From contig JBHGNT010000001.1 of NCBI GenBank assembly GCA_043228905.1, forward strand, positions 24,924,001-24,988,000: a DNA stretch of 64,000 nucleotides. The letters run 5' to 3'. A model generated the notes under the pieces. The model ran no database searches, was not told the origin of the DNA, and saw only the letters and a list, made by a program, of their open reading frames with translations. Below, in pieces: positions 35,901-47,584 of the stretch (positions within the stretch are counted from its first letter, which is position 1; each line of letters starts with the position of its first letter). The DNA comes from Azolla caroliniana. Taxonomy: Eukaryota > Plantae > Polypodiophyta. The translations under genes and the position numbers were made by a program.

Positions 35901-38286
35901 GGTGAAGACACAGAACCGGCCGAAGAAGATGAAAATGATACCGGAACCGGCCCCGATCCCGAAATGGTCTCGGATGAAGAAGAATCGGAAGAACCGGTTA
36001 CCGAAGCTCCGGAACGGAGATATCCTCTAAGAGAGAGAAGGGCCCCCCGGAGATTTCCGGAACCAGAGCACGTGCTGCTAACCGACGAGGGGGAGCCGGA
36101 GAGCTTTGAAGAAGCGAAGCATGACACCCAGAGCCGCAGGTGGTTGAGTGCCATGCAGGACGAGATGGATTCCCTGCATGAGAACCACACATATGAACTT
36201 GTGGAGTTGCCGAAGGGAAAGCGGGCACTTCGAAACAAGTGGGTGTTCAAGCTGAAACCGGGAGATGCCGGAAACCCCCCGAGATACAAAGCCAGGATCG
36301 TGGTGAAGGGGTTTCAGCAAAAGAAGGGCGTCGACTTCGACGAGATATTTGCCCCGGTAGTGAAGATGACCTCCATCCGGACGGTGCTGAGCATAGCGGC
36401 AAGCATGGACCTCGAGGTAGAACAGATGGACGTGAAGACGGCATTCCTTCACGGCGACCTCGATGAAGAGATCTACATGCAGCAACCGGAAGGATTCGAG
36501 AAGGAAGGGAAGGAGCACCTGGTATGCCGGTTGAAGAAGAGCCTTTACGGACTGAAGCAGGCTCCCCGGCAATGGTACCGGAAGTTCGACTCCTTCATGA
36601 CCGACGAAGGGTACCTCAAAACGCAGTCCGACCACTGCGTGTTTGTGAAGGAGTTCGAAGGAGGAGACTCTCTAATACTCCTCCTGTACGTGGACGACAT
36701 GTTGATCGTCGGACGGGACCAGGTCAAGATACGGATGCTGAAGAAGGCTCTTCACCGAACCTTCTCAATGAAGGACCTGGGTCCGGCGAGGCAAATACTA
36801 GGGATGCACATCATCCGGGACCGGAAGAAGAAGCAGTTGTGGCTGTCACAGGAGAAGTACGTGACGAAGGTGCTTCACCGGTTCAACATGTCGGAAGCAA
36901 GACCGGTCGGATCGACCCTCCCGGCAAACTGCAAGCTGTCCAGCAAGCAAAGTCCCAAGACAAAGGCTGAGAAGGAGGATATGATGAAAGTGCCGTATGC
37001 CTCAGCCGTCGGGAGCTTGATGTACGCCATGGTGTGTACGAGACCGGACATCGGATATGCAGTCGGAGTGGTGAGCCGGTACATGAGCAATCCTGGCAAA
37101 GAGCATTGGAACGCGGCCAAGTGGATACTCCGATACCTGAAGGGCACGGCAAACGTGTGCCTCCGATTCGGCTCCGGTAAACCCGAACTCGACGGTTTCA
37201 CCGATTCGGATATGTCGGCTGATGCAGATACCAGCCGGTCCACATCAGGGTATGTGATGACGTATGCAGGGGGAGCTGTTTCGTGGCAGTCGAGGCTGCA
37301 GAAGACGGTTGCGTTGTCAACCACGGAGGCGGAGTACATGGCAGCTGTTGAAGCCGGCAAGGAAATAATATGGATGAAGGACTTCATTAGAGAGCTCGGT
37401 ATCCGGCAAGAGGAGTACCGACTCTACTGCGACAGTCAGAGTGCCATCCACCTTGCGAAGAACGCAGCCTATCACTCCCGGACGAAACACATCCAGCGTA
37501 GATACCACTGGATCCGGGAAAGGATAGAAGACAAGGAGTTCGTGCTGACGAAGATCCACACCGACGAGAACGGGTCGGATATGCTGACCAAGGTGCTCAC
37601 ACCCGACAAGCTGGAAGCATGCCGGAAGAGGATCGGATTGGAAAGACATCCCATGCCGAAGTGAAGGGGGAGTTTGTTGGGATTTCGGTCCCTTTCGGAT
37701 GGGATGGTCGGATATCGGAGATGAATGCCGACAAGCCCGGTTTCGGTTTCGGATCCGGATAACGAAGACCCCGGCTTCGGTGCCGGATGACGAATGTACC
37801 CGGAGAGCGATCCGGATGCAGGGACATATCCGTGAATATGTTCGCTACGAGCCCCCTGAGGCTATAGTTGTAAATAGCCCAAAGTCATATAAGTATAAAT
37901 ATGACTTAGGGCAAACAGTTTTCCTGTTGCTTCTCATTTTTCTGTTTTTCCACTTTAGAGGAGTGAAGAGAGAGCAGCCGTGAGAGAGAGAGAGAGAGAG
38001 AGCGCGAGAGAGAAAGAGGTAGACGCCTCTGTGTATTTCCGCCGCCTGTGGCGAGGACAACGAGCTCAAGGTCGTCGCCTTGGAGCTCGTCATTGTATAC
38101 TTCTCTGTATAGTGTTGTTTGGAGTCTTGTACTCCCGTGGTTTTTCCCCGTTTAGGGTTTTCCACGTTAATCCTTGTGTACTCGCGTTTCTTCGTTTTGT
38201 TTCTACGTGTGTTTCCTATTTTCTGCTCCATTGATCCGCGATTAATCGGTTGTGGCCGAGATAAGAAGGTGGATAGAAGGGTCTAT
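32942..38286 (+). mobile_element. Intact, very young Tork/Tnt1-like Copia element
   Basis: LTRs 32942-33561 and 37675-38286 (one substitution seen; the 3' LTR lacks its last 8 nt); PBS TGGTATCAGAGC (tRNA-iMet) at 33565-33576; PPT GAAGGGGGAG before 37675. Confidence 0.97.
33591..37664 (+). CDS. Copia Gag-Pol polyprotein, 1357 aa, uninterrupted
   Basis: First ATG after the PBS is at 33591; CFHCGKPGHFRKNC, WVVDSGAS, integrase HKRLCH...CTDC and LVHTDV...RADNGGEY...NGLAER, RT LYVDDML, RH FTDSD...HIQRRYHWIRE. Confidence 0.96.
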   Translation: MEGGGSGQPMMMVLNAQNYADWKIKMEDLLIVRDLYEPIDRSEIPKGVLESEWKLLNRKAVATIRQYVDVSVLQHVANDTNAYEMWKKLSGLYERKNALNRTSLMRKIVNLKYRDGESMVEHVSTFMGFVNQLAAIKFPLEDAMQAIILMCTLPESWENLVVTLSTSCTEDNLSLQTVKTSILNEEARRRDKEPASDPKMLFTESDRGRQWNRSPQRREKSGTRSQSRGRPTCFHCGKPGHFRKNCRHYRKDNGADDTDSKKSPERNGAYRGATDRRGSDRRGQDRKGTTALAASEEEIMLITEEGELNVAGDETTWVVDSGASFHLTPERRYFSSYTAGEHGCVRMGNEGTCRIAGIGDVWLTTPTGCKMLLKDVRHVPEVRLNLISAGRLDDEGYTGSIRNGVMKFSKGSLIVVRARKVNTLYLMNARLCPEELNVAADTAGELWHKRLCHMSEKGMKRLAEDDLIPVKHVHLEKCTDCLAGKQNRTSFHSRPPTRRSAPLELVHTDVCQVETKSHGGAQYFVTFIDDHSRKLWTAPMKTKDQVLSVFKELHARVERESGKKLKAIRADNGGEYRGQFQEYCRSKGIRLEFTVPKTPELNGLAERMNRTIMERVRSMLAHAKLPKGFWAEAMSTATYVINRSPSVPLDGDTPQKVWTGKEVSYRHLKVFGCLAYVHVAKDRRGKLDPKTRPCIFLGYGDDEFGYRVWDPVDKKIFRSRDIIFMENKTLADWESEKKMKSSKSTGKDQLYEEQSRPARDRLALEDPAEDGEDTEPAEEDENDTGTGPDPEMVSDEEESEEPVTEAPERRYPLRERRAPRRFPEPEHVLLTDEGEPESFEEAKHDTQSRRWLSAMQDEMDSLHENHTYELVELPKGKRALRNKWVFKLKPGDAGNPPRYKARIVVKGFQQKKGVDFDEIFAPVVKMTSIRTVLSIAASMDLEVEQMDVKTAFLHGDLDEEIYMQQPEGFEKEGKEHLVCRLKKSLYGLKQAPRQWYRKFDSFMTDEGYLKTQSDHCVFVKEFEGGDSLILLLYVDDMLIVGRDQVKIRMLKKALHRTFSMKDLGPARQILGMHIIRDRKKKQLWLSQEKYVTKVLHRFNMSEARPVGSTLPANCKLSSKQSPKTKAEKEDMMKVPYASAVGSLMYAMVCTRPDIGYAVGVVSRYMSNPGKEHWNAAKWILRYLKGTANVCLRFGSGKPELDGFTDSDMSADADTSRSTSGYVMTYAGGAVSWQSRLQKTVALSTTEAEYMAAVEAGKEIIWMKDFIRELGIRQEEYRLYCDSQSAIHLAKNAAYHSRTKHIQRRYHWIRERIEDKEFVLTKIHTDENGSDMLTKVLTPDKLEACRKRIGLERHPMPK

Positions 38287-39340
38287 AAATTCTTTAAAAT
38301 TGTTTAGTAATGGAGTTTCCTTTTCTAACAACGGAGCGAACCATGCCAATGTTGAGCCACTAAATAGAATGCCTACTAGTCCCACTCGTGATGCATTGGT
38401 GGGATATCGAGAAGGATGCATTTGAATCACTAAACGTACCTGATTCAAAAAACCTCTAAACTGTGATCGGGTCCCATCAAATTTTGCAGGAAGACCAATC
38501 TTGGGTTCTTTATGAATCCCTTGAGTGCTTGATCCTTGTTGTTGTAGTGATACAATAGTCGCTTCAAGTTGTTGTACCCGTAACGTTAGCTCCCTATGCT
38601 GTTGTTTTTCTAGCGCTATTTGTTGAAGATCCCCCAACAAACGGTGATTTTCTTGTTCTAGTGCTACAAATTTCTCTTTTAAGCATTGGAGCTCTGAGAA
38701 AACAAAAAAAAAAATTCCATAAAAATTATACTCCATTGGTATTAAAATTAAAAAGGCTAGAGGCACTATATAAATAGACTATAATATTTTCCATGTCTAC
38801 AAGTTATATCATCAAAGAAAGGATCAAATATAAGTGGTGGCCTTTGGCAAGATAAAGATAATTATAAACTATAAAAACAAATCTCTTGCCAATAACACCT
38901 TTGCTATACCACATACAAAGGGGATATACTCTGGGACCCTATCGTCAATCTCCCCATAACCACACAAAATCCTGCAGTTGAAGAGAATACATTTCTTGTT
39001 GGTAGTCATGCTCAACATACCCTAGTTGTCCACCCTATTTGTTGGTAGTCATGCTCAACATATATACCCTGTTTGTCCACAAGATATTGCTTTTGGCAAA
39101 TTTTTGTATATCAAGGCCTTCTTCATCTGTTGCAGTTGAAGACACCAAACAGTCCATAATGCACATGTCATGATTGGCCGCCTTGGACAACCCCCATCTA
39201 TCCTCTCCCATGACGAAACGACCATGTCCTTCATCTTCGCGATCATTGAAAATATATTTGTATTGAATCTCCATACCATCAACACTCTGGTTTATCACAA
39301 CAGCCATGTGCCGTTTACACCACAATCATCTACCCAATCA

Positions 39341-40292
39341 TGATAGTCGGCTTCGACCCCCCCACCATCTTCACTCATCCTTATCAGAGAAGAATTTCTT
39401 CATTCAGTCCACAGCAGTCATCTCGCCGATTAACATCTTGCCAATGCCAATGTCCACGAAAATCTTGTGTTAATAACAAAAAATTAGTCCAAAAGTTTCC
39501 TCCCCCACTCTTGATAGTCGGCTTCGACCCCCCCACCATCTTCACTCATCCTTATCAGAGAAGAATTTCTTCATTCAGTCCACAATAGTCATCTCACCGA
39601 TTAACATCTTGCCAATGCCAATGTCCACGAAAATCCTGTGTTAATAACAAAAAATTAGTCCAAAAGTTTCCTCACCCACTCCTGATAGTCAGCTTCGACC
39701 CCCCTACCATCTTCACTCATCCTTATCACAGAAAAATTTCTTCATTCAGTCCACATCAGCCATCTCGCCGATTAGCATCTTGCTAATGTCCCCAGAAATC
39801 CTGTATTAACAACAAAAAATTAGTGTAAAAGCTTCCTCACCCACTCATGATAGTCGGCTTCGACCTCCCCACCATCTTCACTCATCCTTATTACAGAAAA
39901 AATTTCTTCATTCAGTCCACATCAGCCATCTCGGCGATTAGTGTCTTGCCAATGTCCACGAAAATCTTGTATTAACAACAAAAGATTAGTCTAAAAGTTT
40001 CCTCACCCACTCCTGATAGTCGGCTTCGACCCCCCCACCATCTTCCCTCATCCTTATCACAAAAAAATCTTCATTCAATCCACATCAGCCATCTTGCCAA
40101 TTAGCATCTTGCCAATGTCCACGAAAAACTTGTATTAAAAATAGAAATTAGTGTAAAAGTTTCCTCACCCACTCATGATAGTTGGCTTCGACCCCCCCAC
40201 CATCTTCACTCATCCTTATCACAGAAAAATTTCTCCATTCAGTCCCCATCAGCCATCTCGCCGATTAGCATCTTGCCAATGTCCACGAAAAT
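39341..40292. repeat. Tandem array of about 5.7 copies of a 162-171-bp unit
   Basis: tgatagtcggcttcgacc (or a close variant) recurs at 39341, 39512, 39683, 39848, 40014 and 40176. Confidence 0.93.
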
Positions 40293-40579
40293 CCCCATCA
40301 ATCAGTTGATTGTCATCGAGTATCCCCAATAGCTTAAACCTACAGAAACAAACATGAATGCACACTCTCATCTCCTTATGAAAATCATTATCAGTGATCC
40401 CTCTCTAAGGTAAAGCACCATTATCAGTCATCCCTATCTAAGGTAAAGCATCTGCTTTACTATCTGCACCAATCATATCGGAGATTACCGCCAAAAGCTT
40501 CTTTTATGAAAAGACTCTTGCTATGTGCCAGAATCACCTCTTCCATGTTGATTTATGTTGTGTGCTCTAAGGACGGTGC

Positions 40580-42650
40580 TGGTTGCGGGAACAACTAACG
40601 AGGTGGTACGTAATTCTACTTGACATTAGCCTCTGCATCCAACATGATAGGAATAGATGACCAAACTCTTCTAATTCTCCTTCTTTTTCAACTAGTTGTG
40701 TCTCCTGATCCCTTACAATTGTCATAATCACCTTTAATCGTATGTACCAATAGGTCCCAAAAAGACTTAACTTGTTCTACAACATGAGTATTTTCATCCT
40801 TGTATAGCTTGGAACACCTAGCTTTCCAAAGAACCCATAAACCCAAAGAGGAAACAATTTGCCAAACATAACTCCGCGAGAAGAACTTGATTCCCTGCAA
40901 GGAACTTGAACTAGCATATACTTGAAAACTTGTCACATGTAAAGACAAAGAAGAATGTTGATAATGATAAAAGGCCGATTGTTGATCCAACATTCCCCAA
41001 AACACTGCACCCCACGTGAAGAAAGCCGAGGTATACTTACGACCTAAAAGCCTAAGAATTCGAAACCAAAACCTTTTAGCGAACAAACATTCCCAAAATA
41101 CATGATGCAATGACTAAGACTTAGGTAATGGAAAATCTGAATTAAAAAACCGCCTAAGACTATCATGCCATTGCCCTCCTACTGAGGGCTTGACCTTATG
41201 TAAGTGATGAATCCATAGCTTTTTCCATAACTCATCTCTTGGCAATAAACTCCTAACAACATGTTTAGCAATTAAGGCTTTACTTTGCATAAAAGGATCA
41301 ATCAAACCTGGACCTCCTTTCTATTTAGATTGTATAAGAACCGACCAAGCTACCTTTGCTACAAAATTGTCTACAATAGTGTTCCCCCAAATGAAATTAC
41401 ATACTAGGCATTGAACTTTAAGCATTATTGACCTAGAAAACAGCCAAGTAGATGTTATATACCAAATCGAGGACAAGAGCACTGAGTTAGCTACAACAAC
41501 ACGTCCTGCTAAGGATAACTTCTCCTTGTTCCAATATATTAACTTGTTCCTTAATGTTAACAATAAGGGTGCAATCATATCCTCTGCATTTAAACCCAAA
41601 CCCACTCTACAACCTAAATATCTAATGGATTGACCATGAGGTATCCATGTAAAACCTGAGGTAGGTATATTAACTGGCGGATCACTCGAAGCGATCCAAA
41701 AACCTAATGATTTATCCCAATTTATCAATGCTTTGGAGGCATGTGAGAAATCATCCACAGCTTTTTGTACCTGTAACAAATTAACTTGTGAGGCTGCAAC
41801 ATATAGAGTTGTATCATCAGCAAACTCACTATCTATGCCAGCGTTTTCCACAGATAGTGCTAAACCTTTAATATTTACATCTTGAGAATTTAGATGTACT
41901 AAAAGCGCTTCATATACTAATAAAAACAGAAAGGGAGCAAGTGGGCATCCCTGTCGCACGGATCTTGAAATAGAAAACCGCCTACCAAACACCCCTGCAA
42001 ATAAAAGTAGCAGACCCCACTTTTTCAAACCTAGTTGAAAAATTACATAATGACCTCTACCACACATCAAGATGCCATAATGTAAGAACGAAGGCCACCA
42101 AATATCATTTATTGCAATGCAAAGTCCCGCTTTTAAACTATTATCACCAGTCGCAAGCACCCAGAACTGCCTCCACTGGCCTGACAACAAGTTTCCATAT
42201 TTTTGGATCCTTTGTTCATTTAAATGATGCTCTTGAATAAGAAGAACATCAATCCTACCTACCAAAGACTTCCTTAACTGACGACGGAAGACACTCTTTA
42301 CTTTACAACAATGTCTACCTCCTAAACCCCGTACATTCCATGAAATAATATTTAAGCTATCCATCATTCATGTTTTTCCCTCCTACTCTCTTTTCAGTAA
42401 GTGCAACATCTCTACCCTTCCGCCCATCCTCCGAAGCTCGTAATTGTCTCCTATTTGACCAAATGTCTTTCCTAGTCAATTTATGTGCTCGCACTAGCAC
42501 ATGCTTATCTACTATAGAAACCCTATCGGAAGACGTAGTGGCTGTAGTAAACACAATTATATTCCCACAGTCCATGTCAACATGAGGAAGGTCTACCTTG
42601 CCCACTTCAAAAAAAATTTCCCCCTCATTCACAACTAAAGACCTATCATC
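40580..42650 (-). mobile_element. L1/Tx1-like LINE fragment (end of ORF1, internally deleted ORF2)
   Basis: APE start IISWNVRGL...LLIQEHH joined in frame to RT SRSVRQGCPLAP...FADDTTLY...RYLG (41321-42367); zf-RVT-like HHVFWEC (40688-41110). Confidence 0.88.
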
Positions 42651-42664
42651 TTGACAGAGAGAAG

Positions 42665-42695
<31 letters not shown>

Positions 42696-43108
42696 AGGGA
42701 GGGAGGGAGAGAAAGTGATTATGACAGCGATATATTATGTGAGAAGAATATACAAGGAAGGCTAGGAGGCTTAAGTCAGGCGTTGAACCGATTTGGTTCG
42801 AAATAATGCCTTGTGCCTCCTGTTGAGAATCAAGCTCAACTTGGTCTAGTGTGTGAACTCACCTTGAGGGTGAATAGACACTCCAACGGTCAAGAGTCAC
42901 CATTAAGTCACCTCTTTGTATTCTAGCATTTAGTATGAGTCATAGAATCATATTCTATGACACATAACTTATGAGCTTTCACATTCCCCATGCTCCATGA
43001 GCCTTGTAGTTAATGAAGAGAGAGGGTGACTACATAAAGCACCCTCCTCCCACCTTGTATAGTGTTGAGTCTTTCTCCTTTGTTAATATACTTTTAACCT
43101 TGCGTATA

Positions 43109-43169
<61 letters not shown>

Positions 43170-46100
43170 ACACACACACACACACACACAGAGTTCACAC
43201 CTATTCCGCTTCACAAGAATCCATCTCTTGATTCTTTACATGGTATCAGAACGATTTGGTAGCTCGATCTAGCCCATTCGCCTCATCGTGATCGTGTGTT
43301 GTGCTCCACGCCGACGACCAAGAACCAGCTCATCACTATCATAGCTTCGCTACATAGCTCGCATTCGAAGAGAGAAGAAGAAGAAGAAGAAGAAGAATCG
43401 ACATAATGAATACTCAAATGGGGAGCGCTCTCCCTACCGAGAAGTTGGATCGAAACAACTTTGCATCTTGGGAGTACAAGATGCACCAATACCTTGTCGG
43501 ACAAGGCTATTGGAGCTACATCAAAGGAGCACATGAAGACCGACCCACCGAAGCGGCTCCCAGATACACGACATGGGAGCAAGCCGCAAGCCGCGTGATG
43601 TATTGCTTGGCGACATGTGTTCATGACCACATGCTCGGTTACATTCAAGAAGCCAAGACGTCAAAGGAAGCGTGGGAAAATCTACGAAAGATTTTCGCCA
43701 CCAACACGACCGCGAGGAAGCTTCAACTCCGCCAAGAGTTGAACAACATTCAACAAAGGGACATGTCCATCACGACATACACCTTGAAGATCAAGGAGCT
43801 TTGCAACTCGCTCGGCTCAATAAGCGTAAGTATAGATGATGATGAGATGGTGCAAATATGCCTCGGCGGCCTCGCATCACGGTTCGGCACGATGCGAACC
43901 GCCGTTCTAGCACGGGAGAAATCTCCCTCCTTCTTCGAGCTCCAATCAATGCTATTGGTCCAAGAAAACCACGTGCGTACAAGGAGCAATGAGCCGAAAG
44001 TCCACATGCTCTACACGCACTCTAACGGAGGAAGAGGACACGGACGAGCGAGAGGCCGATTCGGCCAAGGACAAGGCGGACGAGGTCCAACCTACGACAA
44101 CAACTCCCAATTTCGGCCGCAAAACGGAAGCCAACAAGGAACCTTCGCAAGAAGGGGGAGCTTCCACTCCGGCCCAAGCCGTCAAAACGGAACCAAATGC
44201 GGATATTGCGGAAAGCTCGGCCACCACGAAGAAGAGTGCCGAAAGAAGATGCGTGAATCCGTTTCCACAAGCCGACAACTCACGAATTACGCACACAATT
44301 CCAACTACGAAGAGTATAGCGGAATGTACGGGAATAACTCCAACTACAAAGATCATGGCAGAATGTATGCACGCAACTCCGACCGTGGCGAAATGTACGA
44401 GCACAACTCCGACTACAAAGATTGTGGCGGAATGCATGCGCACAACTCCGACCGTGGCGGAATGTTCATGATGAAACATAGAGCAAACTCTATGTCGGCC
44501 TCTACCTCAACTAGTTCCTCCAGTCCAGAAGACGTGTGGTTCGTCGATTCCAGTGCCTCGAACCATATGACATCGCATCAAGAATGGTTCCGAGAACTTC
44601 GAGAGCCGGACCGACCCGGCTATGTCGAAACCGGAGACAACACTACGCACCCGATTCGGCACATTGGCAATGTTCCGTTCGGAAAAGAAGGTAAGCAAAA
44701 TTACATTAAAAATGTCTTGCATGTACCGACCATTACAAAGAATTTGGTGTCCGTCAGCCAAATTGTAGAGCAAGGGATGCAAGTTCGATTTAATCAAGGT
44801 GGTTGCTTCATCGAAAAAGAGGGCCGACTCATCGCACGCAGATGAAGAGAGGGCCGGATGTTCATTCTCGATTCACGCGAGATGAAATCCACCATGTTCG
44901 CGAAAGGCACAAAAGCCGACTCCGACATAGAGCTATGGCACAAGCGAATCGGCCTTATCAATCTCAACAAACTCAAAGCAATGAAATCGAAAGGAGTCGT
45001 CATCGGACTCCCGACATTCAAAGAGAAGGAGATTGAAGGTGTATGCGAAGCGTGCCAATTCGGCAAGCAACACCGACACCCATTCCCGAATGAGCGGAAC
45101 GTGAGCAAAGGTCTACTCGACGTAGTCCATTCCGACGTATGGGGATCGGCACAAACGGCTACATTCGGCGGATGCCGATATTACATGCTCTTCATCGACG
45201 ACTTCTCTAGGCACACTTGGATCTACCCGATGCGGCAAAAGAGCGAAGTGTTTGGACACTTCCAAAAATTCAAGAATGAAGTCGAGAAAGCCACGGGCCG
45301 ACATGTACGATGCCTTCGATCGGATGGCGGCAAGGAGTACTTCTCCGACGATTTCACGGCGTATCTCCGAAAGGAAGGAATTCGGCGAGAATTCACGTGC
45401 CGACACACTCCGCAACAAAACGGAGTAGCCGAGCGCAAAAATCGGCACATCCTCGAAGTAGCGCGGGCCATGATGAACGAGAAGCATATTGCCAAGTCAT
45501 ATTGGGCCGAAGCTGCAAGTATGGCCGTCTACCTAATGAACCGATGCACAACATCTAGCATGCACGAGGTCACTCCGCACGAAAAATACTTCGAAAAGAA
45601 GCCGGACTTATCGCACACCCAGATATTCGGCGCGATAGCTTACGTGCACATCCCCGACGAGAAGCGTCAAAAGCTTGACCCGAAGTCAGAGAAATGTATC
45701 CTCGTAGGATACTCACTGGAGCAAAAGGGGTACAAGTGCTACAACCCCTCAACTCAAAAATCTCGAGTAAGTCGAGACGTCGTATTTGACGAGTCTGCAT
45801 CCTGGTACGCACCAGAGACAACTCCGACTCCGACTCCGCTCGACCCAGAATCCTTCGAACCAAAGATAGAGGATGACGATCGCCTTACGCGCATGTTCGA
45901 ATAAAGTCCGATCACGACCCGACTGAGCGGACCACAAGAGCCTTTGAGCTATCAGAGCACATCACGGCCTAGCCCGAAGATGGACAAAGGCAAGGCAAAA
46001 ATGGCGGAATACGAAGACGATCGCTTCAATGACGATGAGTCGACTCACTCACTTGACAGTGAGTTCGGCGGCTTCGATGTTCCAATCAGAGCTAAGAAAG

Positions 46101-47140
46101 CCCTCATCTCTTCGAATGAAAAGCTCCGTCGCTCCACCCGTGAAAAGAATCCGGTCAGCCGATTCGACTACAACGACTACATGGCATATCACTATGCCTT
46201 TATGATGAAGGTGGCGACAGTACGCGAGCCAGAAACATTCTCTGAAGCAGCCAAGGATCCGCGATGGATCAAAGCCATGAACGAGGAGATGCAGGCATTA
46301 CGCAAGAACGAGACGTGGGATCTCGTTCCCACCTCACCACACAAAAAGGTGATCGGATGCAAATGGATTTACAAAGTGAAGTACAACGCTGACGGTTCCG
46401 TCAACCGCTACAAAGCGCGACTCGTAGCGAAAGGCTACGCCCAAATGCACAGAGTTGACTACGAGGAGACCTTTGCCCCGGTGGCAAAGATGACGACGGT
46501 ATGGACCGTAATTGCGCTTGCCGCGGCGTAAGGGTGGCACCTCCATCAAATGGACGTCAAGAACGCCTTTCTACAAGGCGAATTAGAAGAGGAAGTGTAC
46601 ATGATACAACCACCCGGCTTCAACTCGAGCACCCATCTTAAAGTTGTATGCCGACTCAAGAAGCCACTCTACGGCCTCAAGCAAGCACCACGTGCTTGGC
46701 ATTCGAAGATAACGCAATATCTTCATCAAATCGGCTTCTGTATGTCAAAATCAAACAACTCCCTCTACATTCGAAGCGATTCCGCAAGTCCGATTGTCAT
46801 CATCTTATATGTGGATGACCTAGTCATTGGAGATGAGCATCTCGTCGAAATCAATAAGGTCAAATCCCTCCTTTCCGACAAGTTCGAGATGATAGACATG
46901 AAGGAACTCCACTACTTCCTCGGCATCGAGGTAATTCGGACTCCGGCTGGAATCATGATTTCTCAACGGCACTACATCCTCAACTTGTTATACAAGTTCG
47001 GTATGGCTAAGTGCAAATCCGTGGCAACCCCGCTAGATCGTAATCTCAAACTAGATGCGAACTCCGACACCAAAGCGTGTGAGCCAACTCAGTATCGGCA
47101 ACTCATCGGGAGTCTCATCTACCTCACGATCACTCGACCC

Positions 47141-47584
47141 TGTCAGAACCAAGGATAAAAGATAGAGTGATGGAAGAAGGATATTAGAGAACACGAGAAG
47201 AAAGGAACCAAATACTAAGAGAAGAATGGATGTATAAGATAGAGAAAGAAAGAGAATGGATACAAGATATGTAATGAGAGCTAAAGACTGGTGTTGATTC
47301 GAATTGATTTGAGAATACATGTATGCCCTTATTTATAGGTTCCTATAGAATAGCTTAGAGATTTCTAGAATGTTCTAGAATGTTCTATACCTAGAATGCT
47401 CTAGGACATTCTAGAACATTTTAGAATAATCTAGAGTTTTTACAATAATCAATGTAATACAAGAAGTAGCTTTTATTGTTTCATATAACAATAAGCTATC
47501 TTAATGGTTGAGGTTTTCAAGTATGGATTACAAGGTTCGAGGTTCAAGTCCGGGTGATGCTATAATGGTCATGTGTTCATGACA
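47141..47584 (-). mobile_element. Gypsy-type solo LTR inside the Copia RT
   Basis: TGTCA...TGACA, 444 bp, perfect TSD GACCC (47136-47140 and 47585-47589); minus-strand CCTATAAATAAGGG at about 47326-47339. Confidence 0.95.
47497..47551 (+). promoter_or_regulatory. tRNA-derived Pol III type-2 promoter-like module (A box plus B box) in an LTR; equivalents at 14143-14202, 28386-28406 and 48987-49041
   Basis: A-like TATCTTAATGG at 47497 and B box GGTTCAAGTCC at 47541, a 44-nt offset as in tRNAs. Confidence 0.6.

Noticed and set aside
33570-37654. Many antisense and alternative-frame ORFs over Copia/Gypsy pol regions, here and elsewhere in the window
   Set aside because: Shadow ORFs of GC-rich coding sequence with no independent motifs.
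38242-38766. Independent 174-aa gene
   Set aside because: It is the duplicated chromovirus gag segment read into LTR sequence and unrelated flank.
39341-40292. CRISPR array
   Set aside because: Whole units are repeated with no variable spacers; eukaryotic context with no cas genes.
47490-47560. Functional tRNA genes or SINE insertions at the tRNA-like motifs
   Set aside because: Acceptor, anticodon and T stems do not pair fully, and there is no TSD or tail. The motifs sit at a fixed LTR position, so they are reported as LTR modules only.
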